From positions 112,096,001-112,160,000 of the forward strand of contig OX597822.1 of NCBI GenBank assembly GCA_951406725.2: 64,000 bases of DNA. The letters are read 5' to 3'. The notes under the pieces were generated by a model, which made no database searches, was not told where the DNA came from, and saw only the letters and a list, made by a program, of their open reading frames with translations. Every line of letters starts with the position of its first letter. Within the stretch, counting starts at the first letter, position 1. Shown piece after piece: positions 47,301-61,409 of the stretch. The position numbers and the translations under genes were made by a program. This DNA is from Octopus vulgaris (lineage: Eukaryota).

Positions 47301-50300
47301 AATGTTTTTTGTTGCCTATAGAATAGTTTTTAGTTGCCTATAGAAAGTTTTTAGTTGCCTATAGAATGTTTTTAGTTGCCTATAGAATGTTTTTAGTTGC
47401 CTATAGAATGTTTTTGGTTGCCTATAGAATATTTTTAGTTGTCTAAAGAATGTTTTTAGTTGCCTATAGAATGTTTTAGTTGCCTATAGAATGTCTTTAG
47501 TTGCCTATAGAATTTTTGTAGTTGCCTATAGAATATTTTTAGTTGCCTATAGAATATTTTTGTTGCCTATAGTATGATTTTAGTTGCCTATAGAATTATT
47601 TTAGTTGCCTATTGAATATTTTTGTTGCATATAGAATATTTTTTGTTGCCTATAGAATGTTTTAGTTGCCTATAGATTATTTTTTGTTGCCTATAGAATG
47701 TTTGTAGTTGTCTAGAGATTATTTTTATTGCCTATAGAATGCTTTTTAGTAACGTATAGAAATTTTTTAGTTGCCTATAGAATATTTTTTGTTGCCTATA
47801 GAATGTTTTTAGTTGCCTATAGAATGTTTTTAGTTGCCAATAGAATGGTTTTGTTGCCTATAGAATATTATTAGTTGCCTATAGAATATTTTAGTTGCCT
47901 ATAGAATATCTTCTGTTGCCTATAGAATGTTTTTGGTTGCCTATAGAATATATATTGTTGCCTATAGAATGTTTTAGTTGTCTAAAGAATATTTTTAGTT
48001 GCCTATAGAAAGTTTTTAGTTGCCTATAGAATGTTTTTCGTTATCAATAGAATATTTTTAGTTGTCTAAAGAATGTTTTTTAGTTGCCTATAGAATGTTT
48101 TTCGTTGCCAATAGAATATTTTTAGCCTGTCTAAAGAATATTTTTAATTGCCTATAGAATGTTTTTCGTTGCCAATAGAATATTTTTAGATGTCTAAAGA
48201 ATATTTTTAGTTGCCTAAAGAATGTTTTTCGTTGCCAATAGAATATTTTTAGTTGTCTAAAGAATGTTTTTAGTTGCCTATAGAATGTTTTTAGTTGCCT
48301 ATAGAATGTTTCTCGTTGCCAATAGAATATTTTTAGTTGTGTAAAGAATATTTTTAGTTGCCTATAGAAAGTTTTTCGTTGACAATAGAATGTTTTTAGT
48401 TGCCTATAGAATGTCTTTAGTTGCCTATAAAATGTTTTTCGTTGCCTCTACTTTTAGTTGTCTAAAGAATGTTTTTAGTTGCCTATAGAATGTTTTTCGT
48501 TGCCAATAGAATATTTTTAGTTGTATAAAGAATGTTTTTAGTTGCCTATAGAATGTTTTTCTTTGCCAATAGAATATTTTTCGTTGTCTAAAGAAAGTTT
48601 TTAGTTGCCTATAGAATGTATTTCGTTGCCAATAGAATATTTTTAGTTGTCAAAATAATATAGTTTTAGTTGCTTATAGAATGTTTTTCGTTGCCAATAG
48701 AATATTTTTAGTTGTCTAAAGAATGTTTTTAGTTGCCTATAGAATGTTTTTAGTTGCCTATAGAATGTTTTTCGTTGCCAATAGAATATTTTTAGTTGTC
48801 TAAAGAATATTTTTAGTTGCCTATAGAATGTTTTTCGTTGCCAATAGAATATTTTTCGTTGTCTAAAGAATACTTATACTTGCCTATAGAATGTATTTCG
48901 TTGCCAATAGAATATTTTTAGTTGTCTAAAGAATACTTTTAGTTGCCTATACAATGTATTTCGTTGCCAATAGAATATTTTTAGTTGTGTAAAGAATGTT
49001 TTTAGTTGCCTATAGAATATTTTTAGAAAGAATTGCCTATAGAATGTTTTTCGCTGCCTATAGAATATTTTTAGCGGTCTAAATAATATTTTAGTTGCCT
49101 ATAGAATTTTTATCGTTGCCAATAGAATATTTTTAGTTGTCTAAAAAATATTTTTTGTTGCCTATAGAATGTTTTTCGTTGCGAATAGAATATATTTTGC
49201 CGTCTAAAGAATGTTTTTAGTTGCCTATAGAATGTTTTTAGTTGCCTATAGAATATTTTTTGTTGCCCATAGAATGTTTTTCGTTAACTATAGAAAGTTT
49301 TTAGTTGCATATAGAATATTTTTTGTTGCCTATAGAAAGTTTTTAGCTGCCTATGGCATATTTTTAGTTGCCTATATAATGTTTTTAGTTGCCTAGAGAA
49401 TGTTTTTTGTTCCTATAGGATATATTTTGTTGCCTATAGAATGTTTTTAGTTGCGTATAAATAGTTTTTAGTTGCCTATAGAATATAGAATGTTTTTAGT
49501 TGCCTATAGAATGTTTTTAGTTGCCTATAGATTATATTTTTTGTTGCCTACAGAAAGTTTTAGTTGCCTTTAGAATGATTTTAGTTGCCTATAGAATATT
49601 TTTTGTTGACTATAGAAAGTTTTTAGTTGACTATAGAATGTTTTTAGTTTTTAGTTGACTATAAAATGTTTTTGGTTGCCTATAGAATATATTTTGTTGC
49701 CTATAGAATGTTTTTACTTGCCGATAGAATATTTTATGTTGACTATAGAATGTTTTAGTTGCCTATATAATACAATTTGTTGCCTATAGAATGTTTTTAT
49801 TTGCCTATAGAATATCGTCCGTTGCCTAAAGAATGTTTTTATTTGCATATATAATGTTTTTAGTTGCCTATAGAATATACTTTGTTGCCTATAGAATGTT
49901 TTCATTGCCTATAGAATGTTTTAGTTGCCTATAGATTATTTTTGTTGCCCATAGAAAGTTTGTAGTTGCCTATGCAATGATTCTCTTTGCCTATTGAATA
50001 TTTTTTGTTGCCTATAGAATATTTTTAGTTGGCAATAGAATATTTTTAGTTGCCTATAGAATGTCTTTATTTAACTATAGAATATTTTTTGTTGCCTATT
50101 GAATGATTTTAGTAGCCTATAGAATGATTTTAGTTAACTTTTGAATATTTTTTGATGCCTGCAGAATGTTTTTAGTTGTCTATAGAATGGTTATGTTGCG
50201 TATAGAATATTTTAGTTAGCTATAGAAAGTTTTTAGTTGCCTATAGAATATTTTTGTTGCCTATAGAATGTTTTTAGTTGCCTGTAGAATGTTTTTGGTT

Positions 50301-53300
50301 GCCTATAGAATATTTTTAGTTGTCTAAAGAATGTTTTTAGTTACCTATAGTATGTTTTAGTTGCCTATAGAATATCTTCTGTTGCCTATAGAATTTTTGT
50401 AGTTGCCTATAGAATATTTTTAGTTGCCAATAGAATATTTTTGTTGCCTATAGTATGATTTTAGTTGCCTATAGAATTATTCTAGTTGCCTATTGAATAT
50501 TTTTGTTGCATATAGAATATTTTTTGTTGCCTATAGAATGTTTTAGTTGCCTATAGATTATTTTTTGTTGCCTATAGAATGTTTGTAGTTGTCTAGAGAT
50601 TATTTTTATTGCCTATAGAATGCTTTTAGTAACGTATAGAAATTTTTTAGTTGCCTATAGAATATTTTTTGTTGCCTATAGAATGTTTTTAGTTGCCTAT
50701 AGAATGTTTTTAGTTGCCAATAGAATGGTTTTGTTGCCTATAGAATATTATTAGTTGCCTATAGAATATTTTAGTTGCCTATAGAATATCTTCTGTTGCC
50801 TATAGAATGTTTTTGGTTGCCTATAGAATATATATTGTTGCCTATAGAATGTTTTAGTTGCCGATAGAATATTTTTAGTTGATTATAGAATGTTTTTAGT
50901 TGCCTATAGAATATTTTTTGTTGCCTATAGAATATTTTTTGTTGCCTATAGAATATTTTTTGTTGCATATAGAATGATTTTAGTTGCCTTTTGAATATTT
51001 TTTGATGCCTGCAGAATGTTTTTTATTGCCTATAGAATATATTGATTTGCCTATAGAATATTTTTCGTTGCCTATAGAATGTTTTAGTTGCCTATAGAAT
51101 GTTGCCTATAGAATGTTGCCTATAGAATGCTTTTTGTTGCCTATAGAATATTTTTTGTTGCCTATAGAATGTTTTCAGATAACTATAGAATATTTTTTGT
51201 TGCATATAGAATGATTTTAGTTGCCTATAGAATGATTTTAGTTGCCTTTTGAATATTTTTTGATGCCTGCAGAATGTTTTTTATTGCCTATAGAATATAT
51301 TTAGTTGCCTATAGAATATTTTTTGTTGCCTATAGAATGTTTTAGTTGCCTATAGAATGGTTATGTTGCCTATAGAATATTTTTAATTGCCTATGGAATA
51401 TTTTTAGTTGCCTATAGAATATATTTTGTTGCCTATAGAATGTTTTTAGTTGCCTATAGAATGTTCTTGGTTGCCTATAGAATGTATTTAGTTGCCTATG
51501 GAATGTTTTTAGTTGCCCATAGTATATATTTTGTTGCCTATAGAATGTTTTTAGTTCCCTTTAGAATGGTTTTGTTGCCGATAGAATATTTTTCGTTGCC
51601 TATAGAAAGTTTTTGTTGCCTATAGAATATTTTTGTTGCCTATAGAATGTTTTTAGTTGCCTATAGAATGATTTTGTTTGTTTATTGAATGTTTTCAGTT
51701 GCCTATAGAATGTTTTTCGTTGCCTATATAATATTTTAGTTGCCTAAAGAATGTTTTTAGTTGTATATAGAATGTTTTTAGTTGACTATAGAATATTTTT
51801 TGTTGCCCATAGAATGTTTTTAGTTGCCTATATAAAGTTTTTAGTTTTCTATAGAATATATTTTGTTGCCTATAGAATATTTTTTTGTTGCCTATAGAAT
51901 GTTTTTTGTTGCCTACAGAATGTTTCTAGTTGCCTATAAAAAGTTTTTAGCTGCCTATGGAATATTTTTAGTTGCCTATATAATGTTTTTAGTTGCCTAG
52001 AGAATGTTTTTAGTTGCCCATAGGATATGTTTTGTTGCCTATAGAATGTTTTTATATGCCTATAGAATGATTTTCCTTGCCTATTGGACATTTTTAGTTG
52101 CCTATAGAAAGTTTTTAGTTGCCTATAGAATGATTTTTGTTGCCTATTGGATATTTTTTGTTGCCTATAGAATGTATATAGTTGCCTAAAGAATGTTTTT
52201 AGTTGCCTATAGAATATTTTTTGTTGCATATAGAATATTTTTTGTTGCCTATAGAATGTTTTTAGATAACTATAGAATATTTTTTCTTGCATATAGAATG
52301 ATTTTAGTTGCCTTTTGAATATTTTTTATGCCTGCAGAATGTTTTTATTGCCTCTAGAATATTTTTTGTTGCCTATAGAATGTTTTAGTTGCCTATAGAA
52401 TGTTGCCTATAGAATATTTTTAGTTAGCTATAGAAAGTTTTTAGTTGCCTATAGAATATTTTTTGTTGACTATAAAATGTTTTTAGTTGCCTATGGAATG
52501 TTTCTAGTTGCCTATAGAATATATTTTGTTGCCTATAGAATGTTTTTAGTTGCCTATACAATGTTTTTAGTTTCCTATACAATGTTCTTGGTTGCCTATA
52601 GAATGTTTTTAATTGCCTATGGAATGTTTTTATTTGCCTATAGAATATATTTTTTTGCCTATAGAATGTTTTTAGTTGCCTATAGAATGGTTTTGTTGCC
52701 GATAGAATATTTTTCCTTGCCTATAGAAAGATTTTAGTTGCCTATATAATGTTTTTCGTTGCCTATAGAATGTTTTTAGTTGTCTAAAGAATGTTTTTAG
52801 TTGCATATAGAATGTTTTTAGTTGACTATAGAATATTTTTTGTTGCCCATAGAATGTTTTTAGTTGCCTATAGAAAGTTTTTAGTTGCCTATAGAATATT
52901 TTTTGTTGCTTATAGAATGTTTTTAGTTGCCTATAGAATATTTTTGTTGCCTATAGAATATTTTTTGTTACCTATAGAATGTTTTTAGATAACTATAGAA
53001 TTTTTTTGTTGCATATAGAATGATTTTAGTTGCCTATAGAATGATTTTAGTTGCCTTTTGAATATTTTTTATGCCTGCAGAATGTTTTTTATTGACTATA
53101 GAATATATTTAGTTGCCTATAGAATATTTTTTTTGCCTATAGAATGTTTTAGTTACCTATAGAATGGTTATGTTGCCTATAGAATATTTTTAGTTAGCTA
53201 TGGAAAGTTTTTAGTTGAATATAGATTATTTTTTGTTGCCTATAGAATGTTTTTAGTTGTCTATGGAATGTTTTTAGTTGCCTATAGAATATATTTTGTT

Positions 53301-56300
53301 GCCTATAGAAAGTTTTTAGTTGCCTATAGAATATTCTTGGTTGAATATAGAATGTTTTTAGTTGCCTATGGAATGTTTTAGTTCCCTATAGAATATATTT
53401 TGTTGCCTATAGAATGTTTTTAGTTGCCTATAGAATGATAATAGTTTTCTATAGATTTTTTTTGTTGCATATAGAAAGGTTTTGTTGCCTATAGAATATT
53501 TTTGTTGCCTATAGAATGTTTTTAGTTGCCTATAGAATGATGAATTTGGTTGTTTATTGAATGTTTTTCGTTGCCTATAGAATGTTTTTTGTTGCCTATA
53601 GAATATTTTTAGTTGTCTAAAGAATATTTTAGTTGCATATAAGAATGTTTTTAGTTGACTATAGAATATTTTTAGTTGTCTATAGAATGTTTTTAGTTGC
53701 CTATAGAATGTTTTTTAGTTGCCTATAGAATGTTTTTGGTTGCCTATAGAATGGTTTTGTTGCCTATAGAATATTTTTCGTTGCTTATAGAAAGTTTTTG
53801 TTGCCTATAGAATATTTTTGTTGCCTACAGAATGTTTTTCGTTGCCTATAGAATGTTTTTTGTTGCCTATAGAATATTTTTAGTTGTCTAAAGAATATTT
53901 TAGTTGCATATAAGAATGTTTTTAGTTGACTATAGAATATTTTTTGTTGTCCCTAGAATGTTTTTAGTTGCCTATAGAAAGTTTTTTGTTGCCTATAGAA
54001 TATTTTTGTTGCCTATAGAATGTTTTTTGTTGCCTGTAGAATGTTTCTAGTTGCCTATAGAATATTTTTAGTTGCCTATATAATGTCTTTAGTTGCCTAT
54101 AGAATGTTTTTAGTTGCCTATAGAATATTTTTTGTTGCCTATAAAATTTTTTTAGTTGCCTATAGAATGATTTTAGTTGCCTATAGAATATTTTTTGTTG
54201 CCTATAGAATGTTTTTAGTTGCCTATAGAATATTTTTGTTGCCTATAGAATATTTTTTGTTGCCTATAGAATGTTTTTAGTTGCCTATAGATTATTTTTT
54301 GTTGCCTATAGAATGTTTTTAGTTGTCTATGGAATGTTTTTAGTTGCCTATAGAATATATTTTGTTGCCTATAGAATGTTTTTTGTTGCCTATAGAATGT
54401 TTTTAGTTGCCTAAAGAATGTTTTTGGTTGCCTATAGAATGTTTTTAGTTGCCTATGGAATGTTTGTAGTTGCCTATAGAATATATTTTGTTGCCTATAG
54501 AATGTTTTAGTTGCCTATAGAATGGTTTTGTTGCCTATAGAATATTTTTCGTTGCTTATAGAAAGTTTTTGTTGCCTATAGAATTTTTTTGTTGCCTATA
54601 AAATTTTTTTTAGTTTCCTATAGAATGATTTTGGTTGTTTATTGAATGTTTTTAGTTGCCCATAGAATGTTTTTAGTTGCCTATAGAATATTTTTTGTTG
54701 CCTATAGAATATTTTTTGTTGCCTATAGAATGATTTTGTTGCCTATAAAAAGTTTTAGTTGCCTTTAGAATGGTTTTACTTGCCTATAGAATCTTTCGTT
54801 GCCTATAGAATATTTTTGTTGCCTATAGAATGTTTTTAGTTAACTATAGAATTTTTTTGTTGCCTATAGAATGATTTCATTTGACTATAGAATGATTTTA
54901 GTTGCCTTTTTGAATATTTTTTGATGCCTGCAGAATGTTTTTGTTGCCTATTGAATATATTTAGTTACCTATAGAATATTTTTTTTGCCTATAGAATGTT
55001 TTTAGTTGCCTATAGAATGGTTATGTTGCCTATAGAATATTTTTAGTTAGCTATAGAAAGTTTTTAGTTGCCTATAGAGTATTTTTTTGCCTATTAAATG
55101 TTTTTAGTTGCCTATAGATTGTTTTTGGTTGCCTATAGAATATTTTTAGTTGTCTAAAAAATGCTTTTAGTTACCTTTATAATGTTTTTAGTTGCCTATA
55201 GAATATTTTTGTTGCCTATAGAATATTTTTGTTGGCTATAGAATGATTTTAGTTGCCTATAAAAAGTTTTTAGTTGCCTATAGAATGGTCTAAGTTGCCT
55301 ATAGAATATTTTTCGTTGCCTATAGAATATTTTTTGTTGCCTATAGAATTATTTTTGTTGCCTATGAAAAGTTTTTAGTTGCCTATAGAATGATTTTAGT
55401 TGCCCATTGAATATTTTTCTTGCCTATAGAATGTTTTTTGTTGCCTATAGAATGTTTTTAGTTGCCTATAGATTATTTTTTGTTGCCTATAGAATGTTTT
55501 TCGTTGCCTATAGATTATTTTTATTGCCTATTGAATGTTTTAGTTGCGTATAGAAAGTTCTTTGTTGCCTATAGAATATTTTTTCTTCCCTATAGAATGT
55601 TTTTAGTTGCCTATAGAATGTTTTTGGTTGCCTATAGAATATTTTTGTTCCCTATATAATGTTTTTAGTTAACTATAGAATATTCTCTTGTTGCCTATAG
55701 AATATTTTTTGTTGCCTATAGAATGTTTTTAGTTGCCAATAGAATGGTTTTGTTGCCTATAGAATATTTTTAGTTGCCTATAGAACGTTTTTATGTCCCT
55801 ATAGAATATTTTAGTTGCCTATAGAATATCTTATGTTGCCCCTAGTATGTTTTTAGTTGCCCATAGAATGCTTTTAGTTGCCAATAGAATGCTTTTATTT
55901 GTCTATAGAATGTTTTTAGTTGACCCTAGAATGTTTTTAGTTGCCCCTAGAATATTATAGTTGATCTCTGAATGTTTTTAAGTGACCCAAGAATGTTCTT
56001 AGTAGTCCCTAGAATATTTTTAGTTGCCTATAGAATGTTTTGAGTTGCCTAAAGAATATTTTCAGTTGCCCTTAGAATGTTATTATTTGCCTACAGCATG
56101 TTTTTAGTTGCCCATAGAATGTTTTTAGTTGAACCTAAAATGTTTAGTTTCCCCTAGAATGTTTTTAGTTGACCTTATATTGTTTTTAGTTGACCCTAGA
56201 ATATCTTTAGTTGACACTAGAATGTTTTAGTTGCCCCCAGAATGTTTTTAGGTGCCCCTAGAATTTTTTTAGTTGCTTATATAATCTCTTCAGTTGCTCA

Positions 56301-57543
56301 TACATTTTTTTAGTTTCCCCTAGTATGTTTTTAGTTAACTCAAAATGTTTTTAGTTGACCCTAGAATGTTTTTAGCTGACCCTAGAATGTTCTTAGTTGA
56401 CCCTAGAATGTTTTATTTGACTCTAGAATGTTTGTAGTTGCACATAGAATGTTTTTTTGTTGACCCTAAAATATCTTTAGTTGACCCTAGAATGTTTTTA
56501 GTTGACCCTAGAATGTTTCTAGTTGACACTAGAATGTTTTTAGCTTACCCTAGAATGTTTTTAGTTGCCCCTAGAATGTTTTTAATTGCCCATAGAATGT
56601 TTTTAGTTGACTGTAGAATGTTTTTAGTTGACCCTAGAATGTTTTTAGTTGCCCCTAGAATATTATAGTTGCCTATTGAATGTTTTTAGTTGACCGTAGA
56701 ACGTTTTTAGTTGCCCATAGAATGCTTTTAGTTGCCCATAGAATGTTTTTAGTTGCCCATAGAATGCTTTTAGTTGCCCATAGAATGTTTTTAGTTGTCT
56801 AGAATGTTTCTAGTTGACACTAGAATGTTTTTAGCTGACCCCAGAATGTTTTAAGTTGCCCCTAGAAGTTTTTAGTTGCCCATTGAATGCTTTTAGTTGC
56901 CCATAGAATGTTTTTAGTTGACCCTAGAATGTTTTTAGTTGCCCCTAGAATATTATAGTTGCCCATTGAATGTTTTTAGTTGACCGTAGAATGTTTTTAG
57001 TTGCCCATAGAATGTTTTTAGTTGCCCCTAGAATGTTTTTAGTCGACCCTAGAATGCTTTTAGTTGCCCATAGAATGTTTTAAGTTGCCCCTAGAATGTT
57101 TTTAGTTGACCGTAGAATGCTTTTAGTTGCCCATAGAATGTTTTTAGTTGCCCCTAGAATGTTTTTAGTCGACCCTAGAATGCTTTTAGTTGCCCATAGA
57201 ATGTTTTTAGTTGACCGTAGAATGTTTTTAGTTGACCGTAGAATGTTTTTAGTTGCCCATAGAATATTATAGTTGCCCATTGAATGTTTTTAGTTGACCG
57301 TAGAATGTTTTTAGTTGACCCTAGAATGTTTTTAGTTGACCCTAGAATGTTTTTAGTTGCCCATAGAATGCTTTTAGTTGCCCATAGAATGTTTTTAGTT
57401 GCCCATAGAATGTTTTTAGTTGCCCCTAGAATATTATAGTTGCCCATTGAATGTTTTTAGTTGACCGTAGAATGTTTTTAGTTGACCCTAGAATGTTTTT
57501 AGTTGACCCTAGAATTTTTTTAGTTGACCCTAGAATGTTTTTA
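26349..57543 (-). repeat. 31-kb 21-bp satellite array with a 63-bp trimeric higher-order repeat
   Basis: The + strand trimer is tagaatgtttttcgttgccaa / tagaatatttttagttgtcta / aagaatatttttagttgccta. It is homogeneous to ~36.2 kb, variant-marked to ~46.3 kb and mostly monomeric to ~55.8 kb. A gaccc/gccc variant runs to 57543. Confidence 0.98.
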
Positions 57544-58164
57544 TTTTCTTACTTGTTTCAATCATTAGAATGTGGCCATGCTAGGGCACTGCCCCGAAGA
57601 ATCTTTAGTCACAGAAAAATCAGCATTTTAGAATTTAGATTTAAAGTCTTTTTATTTTCTTCACTCTGCACATTATTGAGAATGAGCTGATCCTTTGAAC
57701 TTTCTCTGGTTGTTGAAGGTCTAACAGAATTATGGCACCGAAGGCTAGTCATTCAAGCATACATCTTATCATTCTTAAAATTTTTTGGAGTAAATGCTTT
57801 CCCTTTTGTTAGAATTCAGGCAATGTTTACATTGAGTAGTAAAGAATCTTGTGTTCCGTTATTTTATTCTACTTATTTTCAATTGAATATATTTTTGTTT
57901 CCTTAAAAATTGGAAAATAAAAGTTTTTTTACAACTACAATTTGTTGTTGTTTATGTGAAATTATAAAAAAATTCAAGAGATTTGTCTATTATTTCTAGC
58001 ATGTGGAAAGACCACCTAGGCTTAACTTCACTTAATAGTTGAAAATTACGTAAAAAAAATTCTTGGGCTGATACATTCAACTAAAATTTCTTCAAGGCGG
58101 TGCCTCAGCATGGCCGCAGTCTAATGATTGAAACAAGTATAAATAAATAAAAAAGAGAAATATA

Positions 58165-58503
58165 TCAAATGGAAATTGTAGATGTGATCCCTGTGCCAGC
58201 GGAACGTAAAAAGCAACATCCGAACGTGGCCGATGCCAGCGCCGCCTTGATTGGCTTCTGTGCCGGTGGCATGTAAAAAGCACCAACTGATCGTGGCTAC
58301 TGGCACCTGTGCCAGTGGCATGTAAAAAGCTCCCACTATACTCATGGAGTGGTTGGTGTTAGGAAGAGCATCCAGCTGTAGAAACACAGCCAGATCAGAC
58401 TGGGGCCTGGTGCAGCCTCCTGGCTTCCCAGACCCCTGTTGTACGGTCCAACCCGTGCTAGCATGGAAAACAGATGTTAAACGATGATGATGATGATGAT
58501 GAT
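58165..58503 (+). mobile_element. RTE 3'-end copy with (GAT)n tail, among short SINE-B tail fragments
   Basis: gtgccggtggcatgtaaaaagc...gctagcatggaaaacagatgttaaacgatgatgatg. SINE-B tails at ~57545-57595 (-), 58094-58140 (+) and 58660-58706 (+). Confidence 0.85.
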
Positions 58504-59095
58504 CACTGAGGTTGTTTTGATCGGGCTTAAAAAAAATTCTGGGTTCAATACAGTTGTCTAAAGATTCTTCAAGATAATGCCCCAACATCCCTGCAGTCTA
58601 ATAACTGCAATAAGTAAAAAGGGAAAAACAATTCTGGGAGTTCAACAAAATATTCTTCAAAGCAATACTCTAGCATGGCCACAGTTTGATGACTGAAACA
58701 AGTAAACAGGGGAAAAAAACCTAAAAATATAACTGAAGTGGTTTTGTCCACTTTCACACTTTAACTATGGGGGTTGTCCTGGGGGTGGAGGTCCTAGTGG
58801 GGGTTTTGTCATACACTCAAACAGAGCTTACAGAGAGAGCCTCTACAAGGTCATTCAACCTATCAGAAACAGCAGCAAAATCTCTCTCTCAAGTCACACA
58901 GTAGTTATTTGTTTCCTGTTTACTTTGATAACAACACACTTCATATTTAAAGTGACATAAATAAACAACACATTATATGACATAGTTCTAAATACATCCA
59001 AAAGGACAGAATGGTCACAGCTGTGACTGACCGATCAGACTCGATGGGAAGTTAAAAATAAATAAATAAAAATCCAGTATGTTCTAATTTTATTC

Positions 59096-61409
59096 AATCC
59101 ACTTATAATTAAAGGCCTTCCAACCTTGACCATCGCATCTTTTCTATATCCAAAAACTTCTTATCTTCTGTAATTTTCTTTTCCATTTTATTTTATAAAA
59201 ATGTAAAAATTACAATGTCACTGAAAATATAAAATTTGCCAATCCAAATATAATTAAAGGCCTTCCAACCTTGACCATCTCATCTTTTCTATATCCAAAA
59301 ACTTCTTATCTTCTGTAATTTTCTTTTCCATTTTATTTTATAAAAATGTAAAAATTACAATGTCACTAAAAATATAAAATTTGCCAATCCACTTATAAAG
59401 GCCTTCCAACCTTGACCATCTCATCTTTTCTATATCCCAAAATCTTCTTATCTTCTGTAATTTTCTTTTCCATTTTATTTTATAAAAATGTAAAAACTTA
59501 CAATGTCACTGAAAATATAAAATTTGCCAATCCACTTATAATTAAAGGCCTTCCAACCTTGACCATCTCATCTTTTCTATATCCCAAAACTTCTTATCTT
59601 CTGTAATTTTCTTTTCCATTTTATTTTATAAAAATGTAAAAATTACAATGTCACTGAAAATATAAAATTTGCCAATCCACTTATAATTAAAGGCCTTCCA
59701 ACCTTGACCATCTCATCTTTTCTATATCCAAAATCTTCTTATCTTCTGTAATTTTCTTTTCCATTTTATTTTATAAAAATGTAAAAATTACAATGTCACT
59801 GAAAATATAAAATTTGCCAATCCACTTATAATTAAAGGCCTTCCAACCTTGACCATCTCATCTTTTCTATATCCAAAAACTTGTTATCTTCTGTAATTTT
59901 CTTTTCCATTTTATTTTATAAAAATGTAAAAATTACAATGTCACTGAAAATATAAAATTTGCCAATCCACTTATAATTAAAGGCCTTCCAACCTTGACCA
60001 TCTCATCTTTTCTATATCCCAAAACTTCTTATCTTCTGTAATTTTCTTTTCCATTTTATTTTATAAAAATGTAAAACTTACAATGTCACTGAAAATATAA
60101 AATTTGCCAATCCACTTATAATTAAAGGCCTTCCAACCTTGACCATCTCATCTTTTCTATATCCCAAAACTTCTTATCTTCTGTAATTTTCTTTTCCATT
60201 TTATTTTATAAAAATGTAAAACTTACAATGTCACTGAAAATATAAAATTTGCCAATCCACTTATAATTAAAGGCCTTCCAACCTTGACCATCGCATCTTT
60301 TCTATATCCAAAAACTTCTTATCTTCTGTAATTTTCTTTTCCATTTTATTTTATAAAAATGTAAAAATTACAATGTCACTGAAAATATAAAATTTGCCAA
60401 TCCACTTATAATTAAAGGCCTTCCAACCTTGACCATCTCATCTTTTCTATATCCCAAAACTTCTTATCTTCTGTAATTTTCTTTTCCATTTTATTTTATA
60501 AAAATGTAAAAATTACAATGTCACTGAAAATATAAAATTTGCCAATCCACTTATAATTAAAGGCCTTCCAACCTTGACCATCTCATCTTTTCTATATCCC
60601 AAAACTTCTTATCTTCTGTAATTTTCTTTTCCATTTTATTTTATAAAAATGTAAAAATTACAATGTCACTGAAAATATAAAATTTGCCAATCCACTTATA
60701 ATTAAAGGCCTTCCAACCTTGACCATCTCATCTTTTCTATATCCCAAAACTTTTTATCTTCTGTAATTTTCTTTTCCATTTTATTTTATAAAAATGTAAA
60801 AATTACAATGTCACTGAAAATATAAAATTTGCCAATCCACTATAATTAAGGCCTTCCAACCTTGACCATCTCATCTTTTCTATATCCAAAAACTTCTTAT
60901 CTTCTGTAATTTTCTTTTCCATTTTATTTTATAAAAATGTAAAAATTACAATGTCACTGAAAATATAAAATTTGCCAATCCACTTATAATTAAAGGCCTT
61001 CCAACCTTGACCATCTCATCTTTTCTATATCCAAAATCTTCTTATCTTCTGTAATTTTCTTTTCCATTTTATTTTATAAAATGTAAAAATTACAATGTCA
61101 CTGAAAATATAAAATTTGCCAATCCACTTATAATTAAAGGCCTTCCAACCTTGACCATCTCATCTTTTCTATATCCAAAAACTTCTTATCTTCTGTAATT
61201 TTCTTTTCCATTTTATTTTATAAAAATGTAAAAATTACAATGTCACTGAAAATATAAAATTTGCCAATCCACTTATAATTAAAGGCCTTCCAACCTTGAC
61301 CATCTCATCTTTTCTATATCCCAAAACTTCTTATCTTCTGTAATTTTCTTTTCCATTTTATTTTATAAAAATGTAAAAATTACAATGTCACTGAAAATAT
61401 AAAATTTGC
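59096..61409. repeat. 145-bp tandem repeat, 16 copies
   Basis: Unit starts (aatccacttata) at 59096, 59241, 59386, 59529, 59674, 59819, 59964, 60109, 60254, 60399, 60544, 60689, 60834, 60977, 61121 and 61266. Copies differ at only a few positions. Confidence 0.98.

Noticed and set aside
20386-57690. Many ORFs of the KIFYWQRKTFYRQL / MFLVAYR type
   Set aside because: They are translations of a 21-bp satellite, broken at random by homopolymer indels.
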